Source: Felis catus (taxonomy: Eukaryota). Taken from it: a stretch of DNA of 64,000 nucleotides. Below, one piece after another: positions 11,238-23,356 of this stretch. Location of the stretch: positions 216,010,001-216,074,000 of the forward strand of contig NC_058368.1 in the NCBI RefSeq assembly GCF_018350175.1, written 5' to 3'. The first letter of the stretch is position 1, and every line of letters begins with the position of its first letter. The translations under genes were made by a program, and so were the position numbers. A model generated the notes under the pieces. That model saw nothing but the letters and a program-made list of their open reading frames with translations. It was not told the origin of the DNA and searched no databases.

Positions 11238-13699
11238 AATTCATAGATCGTAAGCAAATCAGACTCGGGAAAGGTTGGGGACATGGGAGAAGTGTGTCAG
11301 TCTTGTCATCAGAACATATTTTCAACACTCACCGTGCTGTGCAACACAAACCCAAGTTAAGACCCACGTAACGTGCCTGCCGTTCGCCCACTACCTGGTT
11401 AGAATAGAAACAATGACTGAGTATCAGGATTTTTAGATTTTTGGTTGTATGCAAGTGTCTATTGCCTCAAAGTTAAGAGGGCATTAATCATTTAGAACTC
11501 TATTCTGAGAGTTCGAGGGTGGGCCCTGTAAGCTCCGACACCGTAGAATCTCTCCACTGATGGGGTACATTTGTCGCATGTAATAGGAAAACAGAATGGT
11601 TTTGTTTCCCCAAGGACAGAGGACCCAAGGGATGCTGGAGCTCCAGCAACACTTAAATTAACCCGTTACCCTCTGTACAAAGACTAGGAAAAGATTTGGA
11701 TTAAGAGAAAGAGAAACTGTGATTTTCTTCTAGGGCATATCTATATCTATGGTAATGTCTGTGCGGAATGTTTATGAGGCCCTTAGAGTCAAGGACAACT
11801 ATCTTACATTCTCTTAGTGAAAAGTGCTCAGGCATATCCATGACAAAAATCAGCCGTGTTATTATAGGTATAAATATGTTGTTTTTCCTGATAGACTGTT
11901 GTCTCCTTGAAATCGAAGGCAATGTCTGGTATTTCACTTTAACTCTTAGAAATCTAAAACAGGTATTCTTTAACTGAGACATTGAGTTATTTATTTTTTT
12001 CACCAAGAAATATTCCTGTTACTGATTATCTGACTAGGAAGGAAGTTGGTAGGAAGACTGGCTAAATGAACGGGCTTGTTCTTTGTAAGCACTATAAATG
12101 ATGTCGAAAACGAGAAAACCACTTTCATACTAAAGTGATTAAATAATGCATTTGTGATCTAAAACTGTTTGGGCTTGCAGCTTTTTTTATAAATACAAGC
12201 TATAATTCATCGTCTATTTTATATCTATTTTGCTGTAACACTAAAGAAAGACCAGATTTTTTTTTAAAGTATCCTAGTGTAAACAAATTGTACCACTTTA
12301 TTTTCTTTTAATACAAGATCCATGAAGCAAAGCTGAAGCCGCTTATGAGAATTGTGCTTCTCTAGAAAGTTGCTTTTGTTTTCATTTTTTTTTTTGAACA
12401 ACGCTCGTGAACTATATATGATTAATAAAGATTTACTTTAAGGCAAAAAAAATAGCCTTGAAATATAGTCTTATTGTCAAATATACTCAGGAAATATATG
12501 AATTGTCATTCGTTTTTGGGATGAGTAATCAGATAAGAGCCTAGTTAAATAACATACACTTGCTGTATAATAAAAAGATGTAATACTTGATATTTCATGC
12601 CTCTATCTTATATTGAGAAAATAGTCATGATTAAGTATGGGGTACAATAATATGCCTCAGTGCCTGTGACAAAGGAAAAAGAAAGAAAAAGATTTTCAAA
12701 TTTCCAAACTATTTTTAGTCAGGTAGGCATCAGTAAATCTGTACCATATATTCAGCACATACTTTTCCTGTCGTGTATCTTAAAAATGTGTCCTAGGATT
12801 TTTTAAATTAAAATACAGCTCTCCATTTTAGCCAAAAATTATGTATAGTATTTAAAGACTAAGACCATAAAAATTTAAAACAAAGAAGTGAGATCCTGAA
12901 CTAAAATTTAAAAAATGCATTATTAATATCGTACTTTCAAAAGCAAAATAAACAAGTCCATAAGAAGAGCAGTTAAAAAAAAAAGAGATATTTCAACCAT
13001 CTGGTTAGCAAATGCAGCACCTGAAATATTTTTAAAGAATAGGGAATAAAAACCTTATTTAGAAATCACTTATATTACTTACTAATCTGTCTTGTGAAAG
13101 AAAATTGATTTTTAAGACTGAAGTACAGACTATTTGTGTTTATTCAGTGATGAAACTGATTTGTAATTACAGAAAAGTGTAGGCAAAATGATCATTGACA
13201 TAAATATTTTTCATAAATTTTATTGCCTTTGCAAGATCAACATTTTTATGATGAAAACATAGAGAGATGCTCTTATTGGAGTCAGAATAACTATAGATTT
13301 TTAAAAATAATAAGATACAATATATAACATAACTTCAGATGCTGGAGTTGCTACTATTTGTATGCTTTCATCTAAATACATACACACCTAAAAGACTTGA
13401 TAATAAATAATTTTGTTCCACTGCTTGTTGTCTAGGTGAGATGTGGATAACTGAAATAAATGTTAGATTTTGAAAATTCAGGGACATTGACATTTACATA
13501 CCACTGTTTTAGACCATCTAAGAGATTAAAATGACTTTTTCTTGTTTATTTTGTAAAGACTAATCTTCCTAAATATATTTATCAGTGGAAGGCACTGTGT
13601 TCAGAGAAAACCAGGGTTCTCCAGTATGAGACCTTCGGACACACTGACCTCACAGTTTCAGTCTTATCTCTATAGAAAGCCAACTTCAGATCTTACCGC

Positions 13700-14050
13700 C
13701 GTGTCCCTGAGGAAGAGCACCCCTGCCTTGTTGGAGGTTAATCCTACCATCTGTGCTCAAACCTCTGTTCCAGCTCCTCTCACCAGCTTTCCTCGTCCTG
13801 CATCTTTTAACACCTTTTCTTTTTTCTATTAGCAAATTTTCCTCACAGTACCTGTACGTTGAAATCTCTTCTATTTTAAAACAAATACAATGCGATATAA
13901 TTGCCTTTTGCCACCAAATTCTCTGAATGACCATTATTTATGGACTGTTCTCACTTCTTTACTTGCAAATTCCCCATCAATCTGCTGCAATTACGTAGAT
14001 CTGTAATATCTGTTTTCGCAAACCTGTGTCGCCCCAGAGTACCTCTCTTA
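13700..14050 (+). mobile_element. L2 fragment
   Basis: Degenerate L2-like motifs (aatcctaccatctgtgctc; tctcttctattttaaaac). Confidence 0.5.
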
Positions 14051-14507
14051 AACCAACATCTATCCGTTTACGTAAAACAGACACATGAGTTTTATTAGTT
14101 TCCATTTTTTTCCCATGGGGTTTACATGTAATTATTTATCTGTCAGGGTTTGTTGGTCATACTTTATTATCACCATTCAAGTCTGTCTTTTATACAGACA
14201 TTTTCATTGTTACTTTATATCATTTTTCACCTACTGTATCCCTTCTTTAAACTTGTTATATTTTAAATTTTAATAAGAGAGACCTTGATAAAATATATGT
14301 TTTATTGTGTTCTTCCGGCCTAAAAACACTTTAGTGACTCTTTTGCTGCTGATCAAATTGTTACATCAATGTTTGGACAGATCTTACCTGATAAAGCCCT
14401 TTGATACCCATACAGAGTGTCATTGAGGCTAACAGTGAACTTAACAAAGACCGTGTTATTATGGAGTTTATGTTCCAGATAAGGAAAATCTCTATCAAAT
14501 AAAAATT

Positions 14508-14728
14508 GCAGTGCCTCGGTGGCTCAGTCAGTTGAGCGTCGGACTTAGGCTCAGGTCATGATCTCTTCGTCTCTGGGTTTGAGCCCCACATTGGACTGTG
14601 TGCTGACAGCTCAGAGCCTGGAGCCTGCTTCAGATTCTGTGCCTCCCTCTCTCTCTGCCCCTTCCCCACTCGTGCTCTCTCTCTCTCTCTCCCCCCCCCA
14701 AATAAATAAATGGTAAAAAAGATTTAAA
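14508..14728 (+). mobile_element. Felid Can-SINE
   Basis: Head, CT run and tail; TSD caaataaaaRtt. Confidence 0.94.
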
Positions 14729-15013
14729 CAAATAAAAGTTAAATCAAGGCGAAAGATGGTGCATTAAAGTAGGACTGTCAGAGATCTCTCTGTTGAACAT
14801 GAACTTGAATTAAATAGGCAATAAGCTCTGCTATGGCTGGAAGAAGAAGAATGTGTTGGGACTGTGTTCACTATGAATCCAGAGATAATGGGAAATCCTG
14901 TTGTATAGTAGGCTCTTGAAGGATATTATAGAGTTATTTTCTTTTTTTCTTACGTTATTATTATTTGCTTGTTTGTGCTTTTACTCCTGGGCTTTAAAAC
15001 CTTGTAGGATTTT

Positions 15014-15230
15014 ATTTTTATTTTTTTAACGTTTGTTCATTTCTGGGACAGAGAGAGACAGAGCATGAACGGGGGAGGGTCAGAGAGAGAGGGAAAGACA
15101 GAATTTGAAACAGGCTCCAGGTTCTGAGCTGTCAGCACAGAGCCCGACGCAGGGCTTGAACTCACAGACCGCGAGATCATGACCTGAGCCGAAGTCGGAT
15201 GCTCAACCGACTGAGCCACCCAGGTGCCCC
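15014..15230 (-). mobile_element. Felid Can-SINE (relatively young)
   Basis: Perfect 18-bp TSD aaaaccttgtaggatttt at 14996-15013 and 15231-15248. Confidence 0.97.
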
Positions 15231-15294
15231 AAAACCTTGTAGGATTTTGACAGAAGATATCTAATCAATTTGGCAACTGTATTATTAAGATTAT

Positions 15295-16205
15295 AGAGGA
15301 CGTTGGCCACGATGGCAACATAAGTGACCTCTGAGCTCTTCTGCTCCCTCAGATGCACCGAATACACAGCTGTACGAGAAGCAATTATCTCTGGAAGAAA
15401 TCCAGAAACTAGCTGAGTGACTTCTATACATGGGATTAATGACAAAATACCCACTTTGAAAAAGGTAGGAAAGGATGTCTCTATAAGCCAATAAATGCCA
15501 CCCCTGCCACTGCTCTGTAGAGCTATTAGGGAACTGAACTCTCAACGTTCTCTCTGAGAAATGAAGGGTTTTGACCCCTATCTAGCACCCCAGCCCATGC
15601 AACAGCAGCCCTCAAAACCTCTAGCTCTAAATGCCACTGAGACTTCATCCATGAGTCCCAGAAGATTGTAGAAAACACAGAAGTAGTTTTTAACACGTCT
15701 GCAAGTGCTAGGCATGGCTACCAGGGCTCAGCACAGACGGGGCAAGCAAAACACCACCACCCAGTCCTTCCCTGGAAGGGGTATCTGCATCCTCTCAAAG
15801 CTGCTGCCTGAGGCCCACAGGCTTTTAATTTAGCACATATTAGGGTCTGGCTTGAATCCTCCCCAGGGAAGGAAAGTTGGCAGACACCTACCCCACCTTC
15901 TCCTTCTAGCCAGATTGCTAGCTTCTCCCTGGGAGGATCTCGTATACATATCTGCACGGCAACTTTTACAGTTGTGCCCCAGGAATGGGCTTCCAGATAG
16001 CCTGGCTCTGATAGCCAAGGACCATCCATTTACAAGTCCCACAGGACTGAAAACAAGGAAGCCGTTCGGAACAGGCTCCCCATCCAGGGCTCAGCACGGA
16101 GGGAGCAGACGAAAACACCTATGTCCCTTAAAAAGTTTGTCTGCGTGCTTGAAAAGCTGCAACCTGGGGCCCATGTTTCTAATGAGAACAAACGCAGGGA
16201 CTGGC
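15295..16205 (+). mobile_element. L1 5'UTR fragment (older carnivore/laurasiatherian L1)
   Basis: Begins gaggacgttggccacgatggc (decayed caagatggcg YY1-type start); gaaatccagaaactagctgag; repeated ccagggctcagcac monomer near 15721 and 16084. Confidence 0.75.
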
Positions 16206-16379
16206 TATAAAGCTATTGGAACTTTTAAGATAGAAGTGACAGGAATTTGGTGGAAAATGTGCTGGGGAGGAGAGTTGAAGAGGAAATACCAGTAGCAGCT
16301 GACTATTCACTGCAGGCAAAAAGATAATGGTAGATTTGACCAGTAACACAAGTTGATCATATAAGATTTGACAGACATC

Positions 16380-16593
16380 TTTGCTGTTGTTGTGGTTTAT
16401 TTAGTTTTGAGAGACATAGAGAGAGACAGAGCTCAAGCAGGGGAGGGGCAGAGAGAAAGGGAGAGTCTGAAGCCAGGCTCCAGAGTCTGAGCTGTCAGCA
16501 CAGAGCCCAACGGGGTGCTGAAACTCATGAACCCGGAGATCAGGACCTGAGCCGGAGTCAGACACCCAACCGACTGAGCCACCCAGGTGCCCC
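16380..16593 (-). mobile_element. Felid Can-SINE
   Basis: Ends gactgagccacccaggtgcccc; short TSD agacat. Confidence 0.94.
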
Positions 16594-16599
16594 AGACAT

Positions 16600-16885
16600 T
16601 GTTTTAAGTTCAGAATGTATCAGTAAATTGGATATGTTATATGAGTGCAAGGCAGACAAGAGAAGTTTAAAGAAAAGAGACTCAGAAGGCCAGACGAGTA
16701 TTGAAGAGAGAACATCTACTCTGTAGGGAATCACTGGATTCAAGACAAGATAGAATTTTAAGGAGATATAGTCAACTATGACTAACATTTTCAATAAATT
16801 GGATGAAAGAAGTCTGAGAATCGACTATTAGATCTGAATACAGGAACAGCCTTGGTGACCTTGTTACAGGCAACTTGATGGATGA
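16600..16885 (-). mobile_element. L2 fragment
   Basis: ctgagaatcgactattagatctg...ttggtgaccttg resembles L2. Confidence 0.55.
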
Positions 16886-17338
16886 TGGGGGACATTTCTC
16901 ACGCATATCTCCAAATTCCTTTCTTCTGTCTGACAGAGTGCATGGATTGAGAAGTCATTTTGAGAAGAATTTATTTAAATGTTAGTTCCCATAAAATAAA
17001 AAAAATTGTAAGGTGTCTTAAAACATAACTCCTGTAAAATCAGCTTTATTAAGTTTGATTGCACTTTATCTATGTTATATTTCTTTTAATGAATTTCTTT
17101 TCTTGAAATATTTGATCGGCTTGAATATGACTAGATGCAAGATGATTTTTCACAAATATTATTAGAGGTGATTTTTCATGAATCTTATTGACCATGATTT
17201 TATAAATCTCTCCCCTTGTGGGTTTCAGGAGAGTAAATTTTTATTTAATTTCCCAAGATTTGAAAAATTTCCAAAGTTTCCTTAAGGCCCATGTTCTAAA
17301 TGGAATTAAATAACTAAACTTTAAATGTCACTTTGGCT

Positions 17339-17560
17339 GGGGCACCTGGGTGGGTCAGTCAGTTAAGCATCTGACTTCAGCTCAGGTCATGATCTTATGG
17401 TTCCTGAGTTGAAGCCCCACATCAGCTTCTGTGCTGACAGCTCAGAGCCTGGATCCTGCTTCAGATTCTTTGTCTCCTCCTCTCTCTGCCCCTCCTCCAC
17501 TCATGCACTCTCTCTCTCTCTCTCTCTCTCTCTCTAAGAATAAATAAAAATTAAAAAAAA
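17339..17560 (+). mobile_element. Felid Can-SINE
   Basis: ggggcacctgggtgg head; degenerate TSD ttaaat....ctttggct. Confidence 0.95.
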
Positions 17561-18451
17561 TTAAATATAGCTTTGGCTATTGATTATTATAACATTATAA
17601 ATGCCAGTATAACAAACAAGCCTATAAAGATTAAAATTATGATACTATTATTTTGACTTGTCATGGTATTTAAACTTTTATAAATTTTTTACAGTAGTTC
17701 TTATTAGCTCTAACATAACCCTTAATTTACAGAAACTGAGATGAAATTTCCTATGAAATTTCCTATTTGAAACTATTTTATAATTGGTTTTATCGTTAAA
17801 TACATTAATTTATTATTGTAATATTATTTCCTTCTGATAATATCTACAGTTTATAAGCCATTGATGCATGACAATTTAAAATATAACTCAGGCCCTTTTC
17901 TACAAAATTGCTTGAATTTAACCAGAAGTTAAAATTTTATTTGTAAATTAGAACATCATTTGTCAATATTTTGCTAATTAGACATGATGGTGTTCTACAC
18001 AGTCAATGGATAGTTAATCATGCCACAAATACGAAGGGCTAGAAACGATACTGACATTGTAGTAGGTGCTTATTGGATTTTCAAAATTCAAACCTGAGGA
18101 AAAAGCTAGTTGTTTATTTATGAATACCTAGGCAAAATATAAATTTAATCCTCTGTGTGTGTGTGTGTGTGTGATATTAAAATTTAACAAATCAGTATTT
18201 TATTATATGTTATATATTCAGAAATATGCTTTTATGGCCAATTTATTTCATTTTTAAAAATCTCTTCTGTCAACTCATTAAATTGATTTTATTTTTCACT
18301 TAATAGCTTCCAATCTGCCACTCAAAGATGCTAACCTGAATTATTAATTATTGGTGATTTAGCTAACTACTGAGAAAGTAGGTTTTAATTCCAAAAGAGA
18401 AGGAGATATTTTTAGTTCCTTGAGAGTAGAATACTCTTAAGAAGAGACAGA

Positions 18452-18670
18452 GGGGCACCTGGGTGTCTCAGTCAGTTGAGTGACTGTCCTCAGCTCAGGT
18501 CGTGATCTCATAGCTCCTGAGTTCGAGCCCTGTGTCGGGCTTTGTGCTGACAGCTTGGAGCCTGGAGCCTGCTTCAGATTCTGTGTCTCCTTCTCTCTCT
18601 GCCCTTAACTGACTCGCATTCTGTCTCTGTCTCTCTCAAAAATAAATAAACATTAAAAAAATTTTTTTAA
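18452..18670 (+). mobile_element. Felid Can-SINE
   Basis: Complete head, CT region and tail. Confidence 0.95.
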
Positions 18671-18858
18671 AAAGAATAGATTGAAACTTTGCATCACAGG
18701 AGAGTGCCATTGTGTAGCTGTGAATGAGACTGAGAATTATGAATCTTTAAGTTCCTCTGAACATCTTTGTCTAAGGAGATAGCCCTACTCCACCACATCT
18801 GAGAAAATCAGCCCTCCATTTACTATAAATTATTTTCAAAACTGTGCTTTCAAAATTA

Positions 18859-19074
18859 AAATTGTTTTTAATGTCTATTTATTTTTTGAGAGAGAAAAAC
18901 TGAGTGCAAGCAAGGGGGTGGGAGCAGAGAGAGGGAGACACAGCCGAAGCAGTCTCCAGGCTGCGAGCTGAGCTATCAGCACAGATCCCGATGCGGGGCT
19001 TGAACTCACGGAGGGTGAGATCATGACCTGAGCCAAAGTCGGATGCTTAACTAACTGAGCCACTCAAGTGCCCC
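18859..19074 (-). mobile_element. Felid Can-SINE
   Basis: TSD tgtgctYtcaaaatta at 18843-18858 and 19075-19090. Confidence 0.95.
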
Positions 19075-19206
19075 TGTGCTCTCAAAATTAGATACTGATT
19101 CTCTTCTAGACATTTCTCTCCCTCATCACCATGTCTAACCGCCTATGAGTACAAACTTAATATGACTCCAACATAATCATGAACATAGATATTCAAGATT
19201 TATTTT

Positions 19207-20617
19207 TTATTTTCTTTTTTTTCTTTTTTTTATTTTATATATGAAATTTATTGTCAAATTGGTTTCCATACAACACCCAGTGCTCATCCCAAAAGGTGCC
19301 CTCTTCAATACCCATCACCCACCCTTTCCTCCCTCCCACCCCCCATCAACCCTCAGTTTGTTCTCAGTTTTTAACAGTCTCTTATGCTTTGGCTCTCTCC
19401 CACTCTAACCTCTTTTTTTTTTTCTTCCCCTCCCCCATGGGTTCCTGTTAAGTTTCTCAGGATCCACATAAGAGTGAAACCATATGGTATCTGTCTTTCT
19501 CTGTATGGCTTATTTCACTTAGTATCACACTCTCCAGTTCCATCCATGTTGCTACAAAAGGCCATATTTCATTTTTTCTCATTGCCACGTAGTATTCCAT
19601 TGTGTATATAAACCACAATTTCTTTATCCATTCATCAGTTGATGGACATTTAGGCTCTTTCCATAATTTGACTATTGTTGAGAGTGCTGCTATGAACATT
19701 GGGGTACAAGTGGCCCTATGCATCAGTACTCCTGTATCCCTTGGATAAATTCCTAGCAGTGCTATTGCTGGGTCATAGGGTAGGTCTATTTTTAATTTTC
19801 TGAGGAACCTCCACACTGCTTTCCAGAGTGGCTGCACCAATTTGCATTCCCACCAACAGTGCAAGAGGGTTTCCGTTTCTCCACATCCTCGCCAGCATCT
19901 ATAGTCTCCTGATTTGTTCATTTTGGCCACTCTGACTGGCGTGAGGTGATATCTGAGTGTGGTTTTGATTTGTATTTCCCTGATGAGTAGCGATGTTGAA
20001 CATCTTTTCATGTGCCTGTTGGCCATCTGGATGTCTTCTTTAGAAAAGTGTCTATTCATGTTTTCTGCCCATTTCTTCACTGGGTTATTTGTTTTTTGGG
20101 TGTGGAGTTGGGTGAGCTCTTTATAGATTTTGGATACTAGCCCTTTGTCCGATATGTCATTTGCGAATATCTTTTCCCATTCCGTTGGTTGCCTTTTAGT
20201 TTTGTTGGTTGTTTCCTTTGCTGTGCAGAAGCTTTTTATCTTCATAAGGTCCCAGTAATTCACTTTTGCTTTTAATTCCCTTGCCTTTGGGGATGTGTCG
20301 AGTAAGAGATTGCTACGGCTGAGGTCAGAGAGGTCTTTTCCTGCTTTCTCCTCTAAGGTTTTGATGGTTTCCTGTCTCACATTTAGGTCCTTTATCCATT
20401 TTGAGTTTATTTTTGTGAATGGTGTGAGAAAGTGGTCTAGTTTCAACCTTCTGCATGTTGCTGTCCAGTTCTCCCAGCACCATTTGTTAAAGAGGCTGTC
20501 TTTTTTCCATTGGATGTTCTTTCCTGCTTTGTCAAAGATGAGTTGGCCATACGTTTGTGGGTCTACTTCTGGGGTTTCTATTCTATTCCATTGGTCTATG
20601 TGTCTGTTTTTGTGCCA
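19207..20617 (-). mobile_element. Young 5'-truncated felid L1 (L1_Fc-type), about 1.4 kb
   Basis: Poly(A) tail, G-rich 3'UTR and ORF2 3' end; perfect 14-bp TSD tcaagatttatttt at 19193-19206 and 20618-20631. Confidence 0.97.
19457..20617 (-). pseudogene. L1 ORF2p C-terminal fragment (386 open codons; no promoter, EN or RT core)
   Basis: [14 protein letters not shown]...FNKWCWENW...[19 protein letters not shown] (CCHC motif) to the native stop; in frame with the listed 329-aa ORF. Confidence 0.93.
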
Positions 20618-20689
20618 TCAAGATTTATTTTAGAAAGAAATAGCCTATACACTGAAAGTCCAAACCCACAACTAATTTATATTATTAGG

Positions 20690-21558
20690 TGTGGGGGATA
20701 ACCTTAAGAATCCCCTGGGCTTACACCAATGGGTTGACAAGGCATAAAGGAATACAAAGCCATAAAATGCTCACACCTGAGTTTGGGTAAACCCAAAGAT
20801 GCTTGGGATAGGCATCCCAAGAATGGGGGGGGTGTGAAGACACCCTGAGAATAGGGAGGCACAAAGGTGCCAGGAATAAGGAGGTGCAAAGGCATCCCAA
20901 AATAGGGAGGGGGTGTAGAGCCCCCCCCAAAATAGAGAGGGAGAGGCAAAGGCCTGAAATAGAAACAGTGCAAAAGTGCCCAATACATAGGTATATGAAA
21001 TAAACAAGATTATATTCAGGGTGGAAGCACCCCCAATTTAGTAATATAGCAGAAAGCTACTTTCACAGGAGAATGGGGCCAGGTCAGGTAAGTTGGTGAA
21101 TTGGACTATGGACTGCTGCACTGCAGGCAAAGCAGCCTGGAGAGGAGATGGTTAACAAAAGAAAAGGTGCCTTAGGAACCCTGAGGTTACTCCCCCTACC
21201 TGTCTCATCCCCTAGGCTGGCAAAGATGAACAGAGGTGTTGCCTCCTGTTCGCTGCAAACAACCCTCTACCCATCTGCCTGGCACCCGGATTTTGTTTTA
21301 TATTGACCCAAACCCCAAACACTCTATATCTTCAACACCCCCTTTTCCCCCTCAAGTCCACAAGTTAATGTTCATAGTTTCTTTGTCTCTTTGTGCATGC
21401 CCATCACATTTGCAAGTCTTCTGATCTGAATAAATATGGGGCAAGGAGCCTTATTCAAGGCTCTTGTCTTTTTCCTGGACGTTAGCCATCTCTCACTTTA
21501 ATCCTGCATCCGCCCTTTTGCTGGCCAAAAGAGAACTTTAGACTTAGAGTCTACAACA
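20690..21558 (+). mobile_element. Solo LTR, 869 bp
   Basis: TGTGGGGG...ACAACA termini; exact 6-bp TSD ATTAGG (20684-20689, 21559-21564); AATAAA at 21429-21434; repeat array in the U3 region. Confidence 0.9.
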
Positions 21559-22154
21559 ATTAGGATTCTGAAGAGCTTACGTGGAAGTCAGTTTCAAGTG
21601 TGAAACCAAGTAGGAAGAAACATTAGGCTTAGTGGAACCAATTTCTTTAATATGGATGCAGTCATCTAGAATTTCAGAGTTAGTGTGTTGATTCATACAC
21701 ATGGAAAATGAGTTACTATTCTAGCATTTCGTGTAGTTATAACTTGACTAACTAGTGACCTATAGTTAATGTCCTTTATTTTCATCATTTGGATTCCTAA
21801 ACAGGAGTTAATTTCTTCTTTCCTATCCTTTCTTTTTCCCCTCACTGTGAAAAATAACAGTCTACCACAGGACATATTTTGAACTCATTACCTGCCGGGA
21901 CAGGGCTGTGGATTTCTTGGTTACATCTGCGTTGGTGTTCAATGCAGTGTAGACATGTTTTGAAATAAAACAGAGAGTTTCAAATTATTTAAAAGGTCAA
22001 AAGGTGAGATCTTGGGTTGGAATTGACCAAATCTTACTGCAATCAAACTGCACTATTTTATTATGTTTTTAAGATTTGTATTGCTTTCCAAAATTATCTT
22101 TTTTTATTTATTTTTATTTTCACTATATGTTTACTCACTAAAACATCATTTACT

Positions 22155-22280
22155 CAAGAGCAAGAACCATAGTTCTTGCTCATGCTGTATCGTCTGTAGC
22201 CTTATAACCGTGCATGACCCAACACTGGTGATCTATAAATATGGATGGATGGGTAAAGGAAGGGATGGATGAATGCTACA
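22155..22280 (+). mobile_element. L2 3' end
   Basis: gagcaagaacc...ataaatatggatggatg...gatgaatg resembles the L2 terminus. Confidence 0.55.
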
Positions 22281-23017
22281 TTAATAGAATGAGACAAGAG
22301 GATTCAATATGTGCCAGATCCCCAAGGACCTATCTTTGATAAATGGCTTTAAATTTGAAGGATATCAGGATTTATTAAAGAGTTGGAGAAGTAGCATGGT
22401 CTATTTGTGTTTTTAGAAAGACTGCTCTGACAACTGAGGTTAATTTGTCCCAAAAAATGAGGGCTAGCTATAAGCAGGGCAGAATAGATAGAATCCTAAA
22501 CTGGGTTGTATGTGAGATGCAAACAAAACAAAATGAAACAAAATAAAATGAAAACAAAAATGAAAAAAAAAAAACAACTGTTGAAGGGAGAAATCTATTG
22601 AACCTAATATAAAATGAATATTAAAGACAATCAACAGGGTGGAGAAAATGATATTAAGTATACTACAGGTTTCTCTGCTTATTATCTTAGTTTCAAGTTA
22701 CTTTAGACTTTATGTTTTGCAATGGTTTATATTTCCATAGCAATAGTTAAATATTTATTTAGTATCATGGCATCTTTCCCACTTAATAGTTCTAAGAGTG
22801 TGAATGCATATAAAGACCATGAAATACTTTTTAAAAGTTACATAATTGTGCCTATTATAATAGTTCATGTTTTCATCTTTAAATTTATTTCAAAATGTTT
22901 CTGATAGAATGGAAATATATTCTTCTAAATATATAATTGCTATACAAACCACCTAAAATTCAAGTCATCCCTATTTAATATTGTAGATTAATAATTATTC
23001 CTAAAAGTAATATTTTA

Positions 23018-23238
23018 GTAGCACCTGGATGGCTCAGTTGGATAAGCCACCAGCTTTAGCTCAGGTCATGATCTTGTGGTTCCTGGATCCGAGTCCTGCG
23101 ATGGGCTCTGTGCTGACAGCTTAGAGCCTGGAGCCTGCTTCGGATTCTGTGTCTCCCTCTCTCTCTGCCCCTCCTCCACTCAAAGTCGGTCTCCCTCTCT
23201 CTCTGTCTCAAAAATAAATAAGCATTAAAAGCATTTTT
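23018..23238 (+). mobile_element. Felid Can-SINE
   Basis: TSD aaagtaatatttta on both sides. Confidence 0.95.
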
Positions 23239-23356
23239 AAAGTAATATTTTAAATGGACTGTTTTTCTATAACTTAATTATAAAATTTTGTTTTAAAAAC
23301 CACTGTATTAATGGCATTGTCATATCGGGATGTGGATATGTTCAGGTTATGTTTCG

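Noticed and set aside
13411..13441. Pyrimidine tract plus TAG|GTGAG, a recursive-splice-like motif
   Set aside because: A single short motif expected by chance; no host gene established.
15037..15219. Short ORFs of the MAQSV..PTSAQVMIS.. type (also near 18875, 23547, 47907, 54310, 59192)
   Set aside because: Translations of SINE sequence, not genes.
15718..16295. 147-aa and 103-aa ORFs
   Set aside because: They lie in the GC-richer L1 5'UTR and do not resemble ORF1p.
20295..20633. 112-aa plus-strand ORF (also 62501-62797)
   Set aside because: Antisense reading of L1 ORF2.
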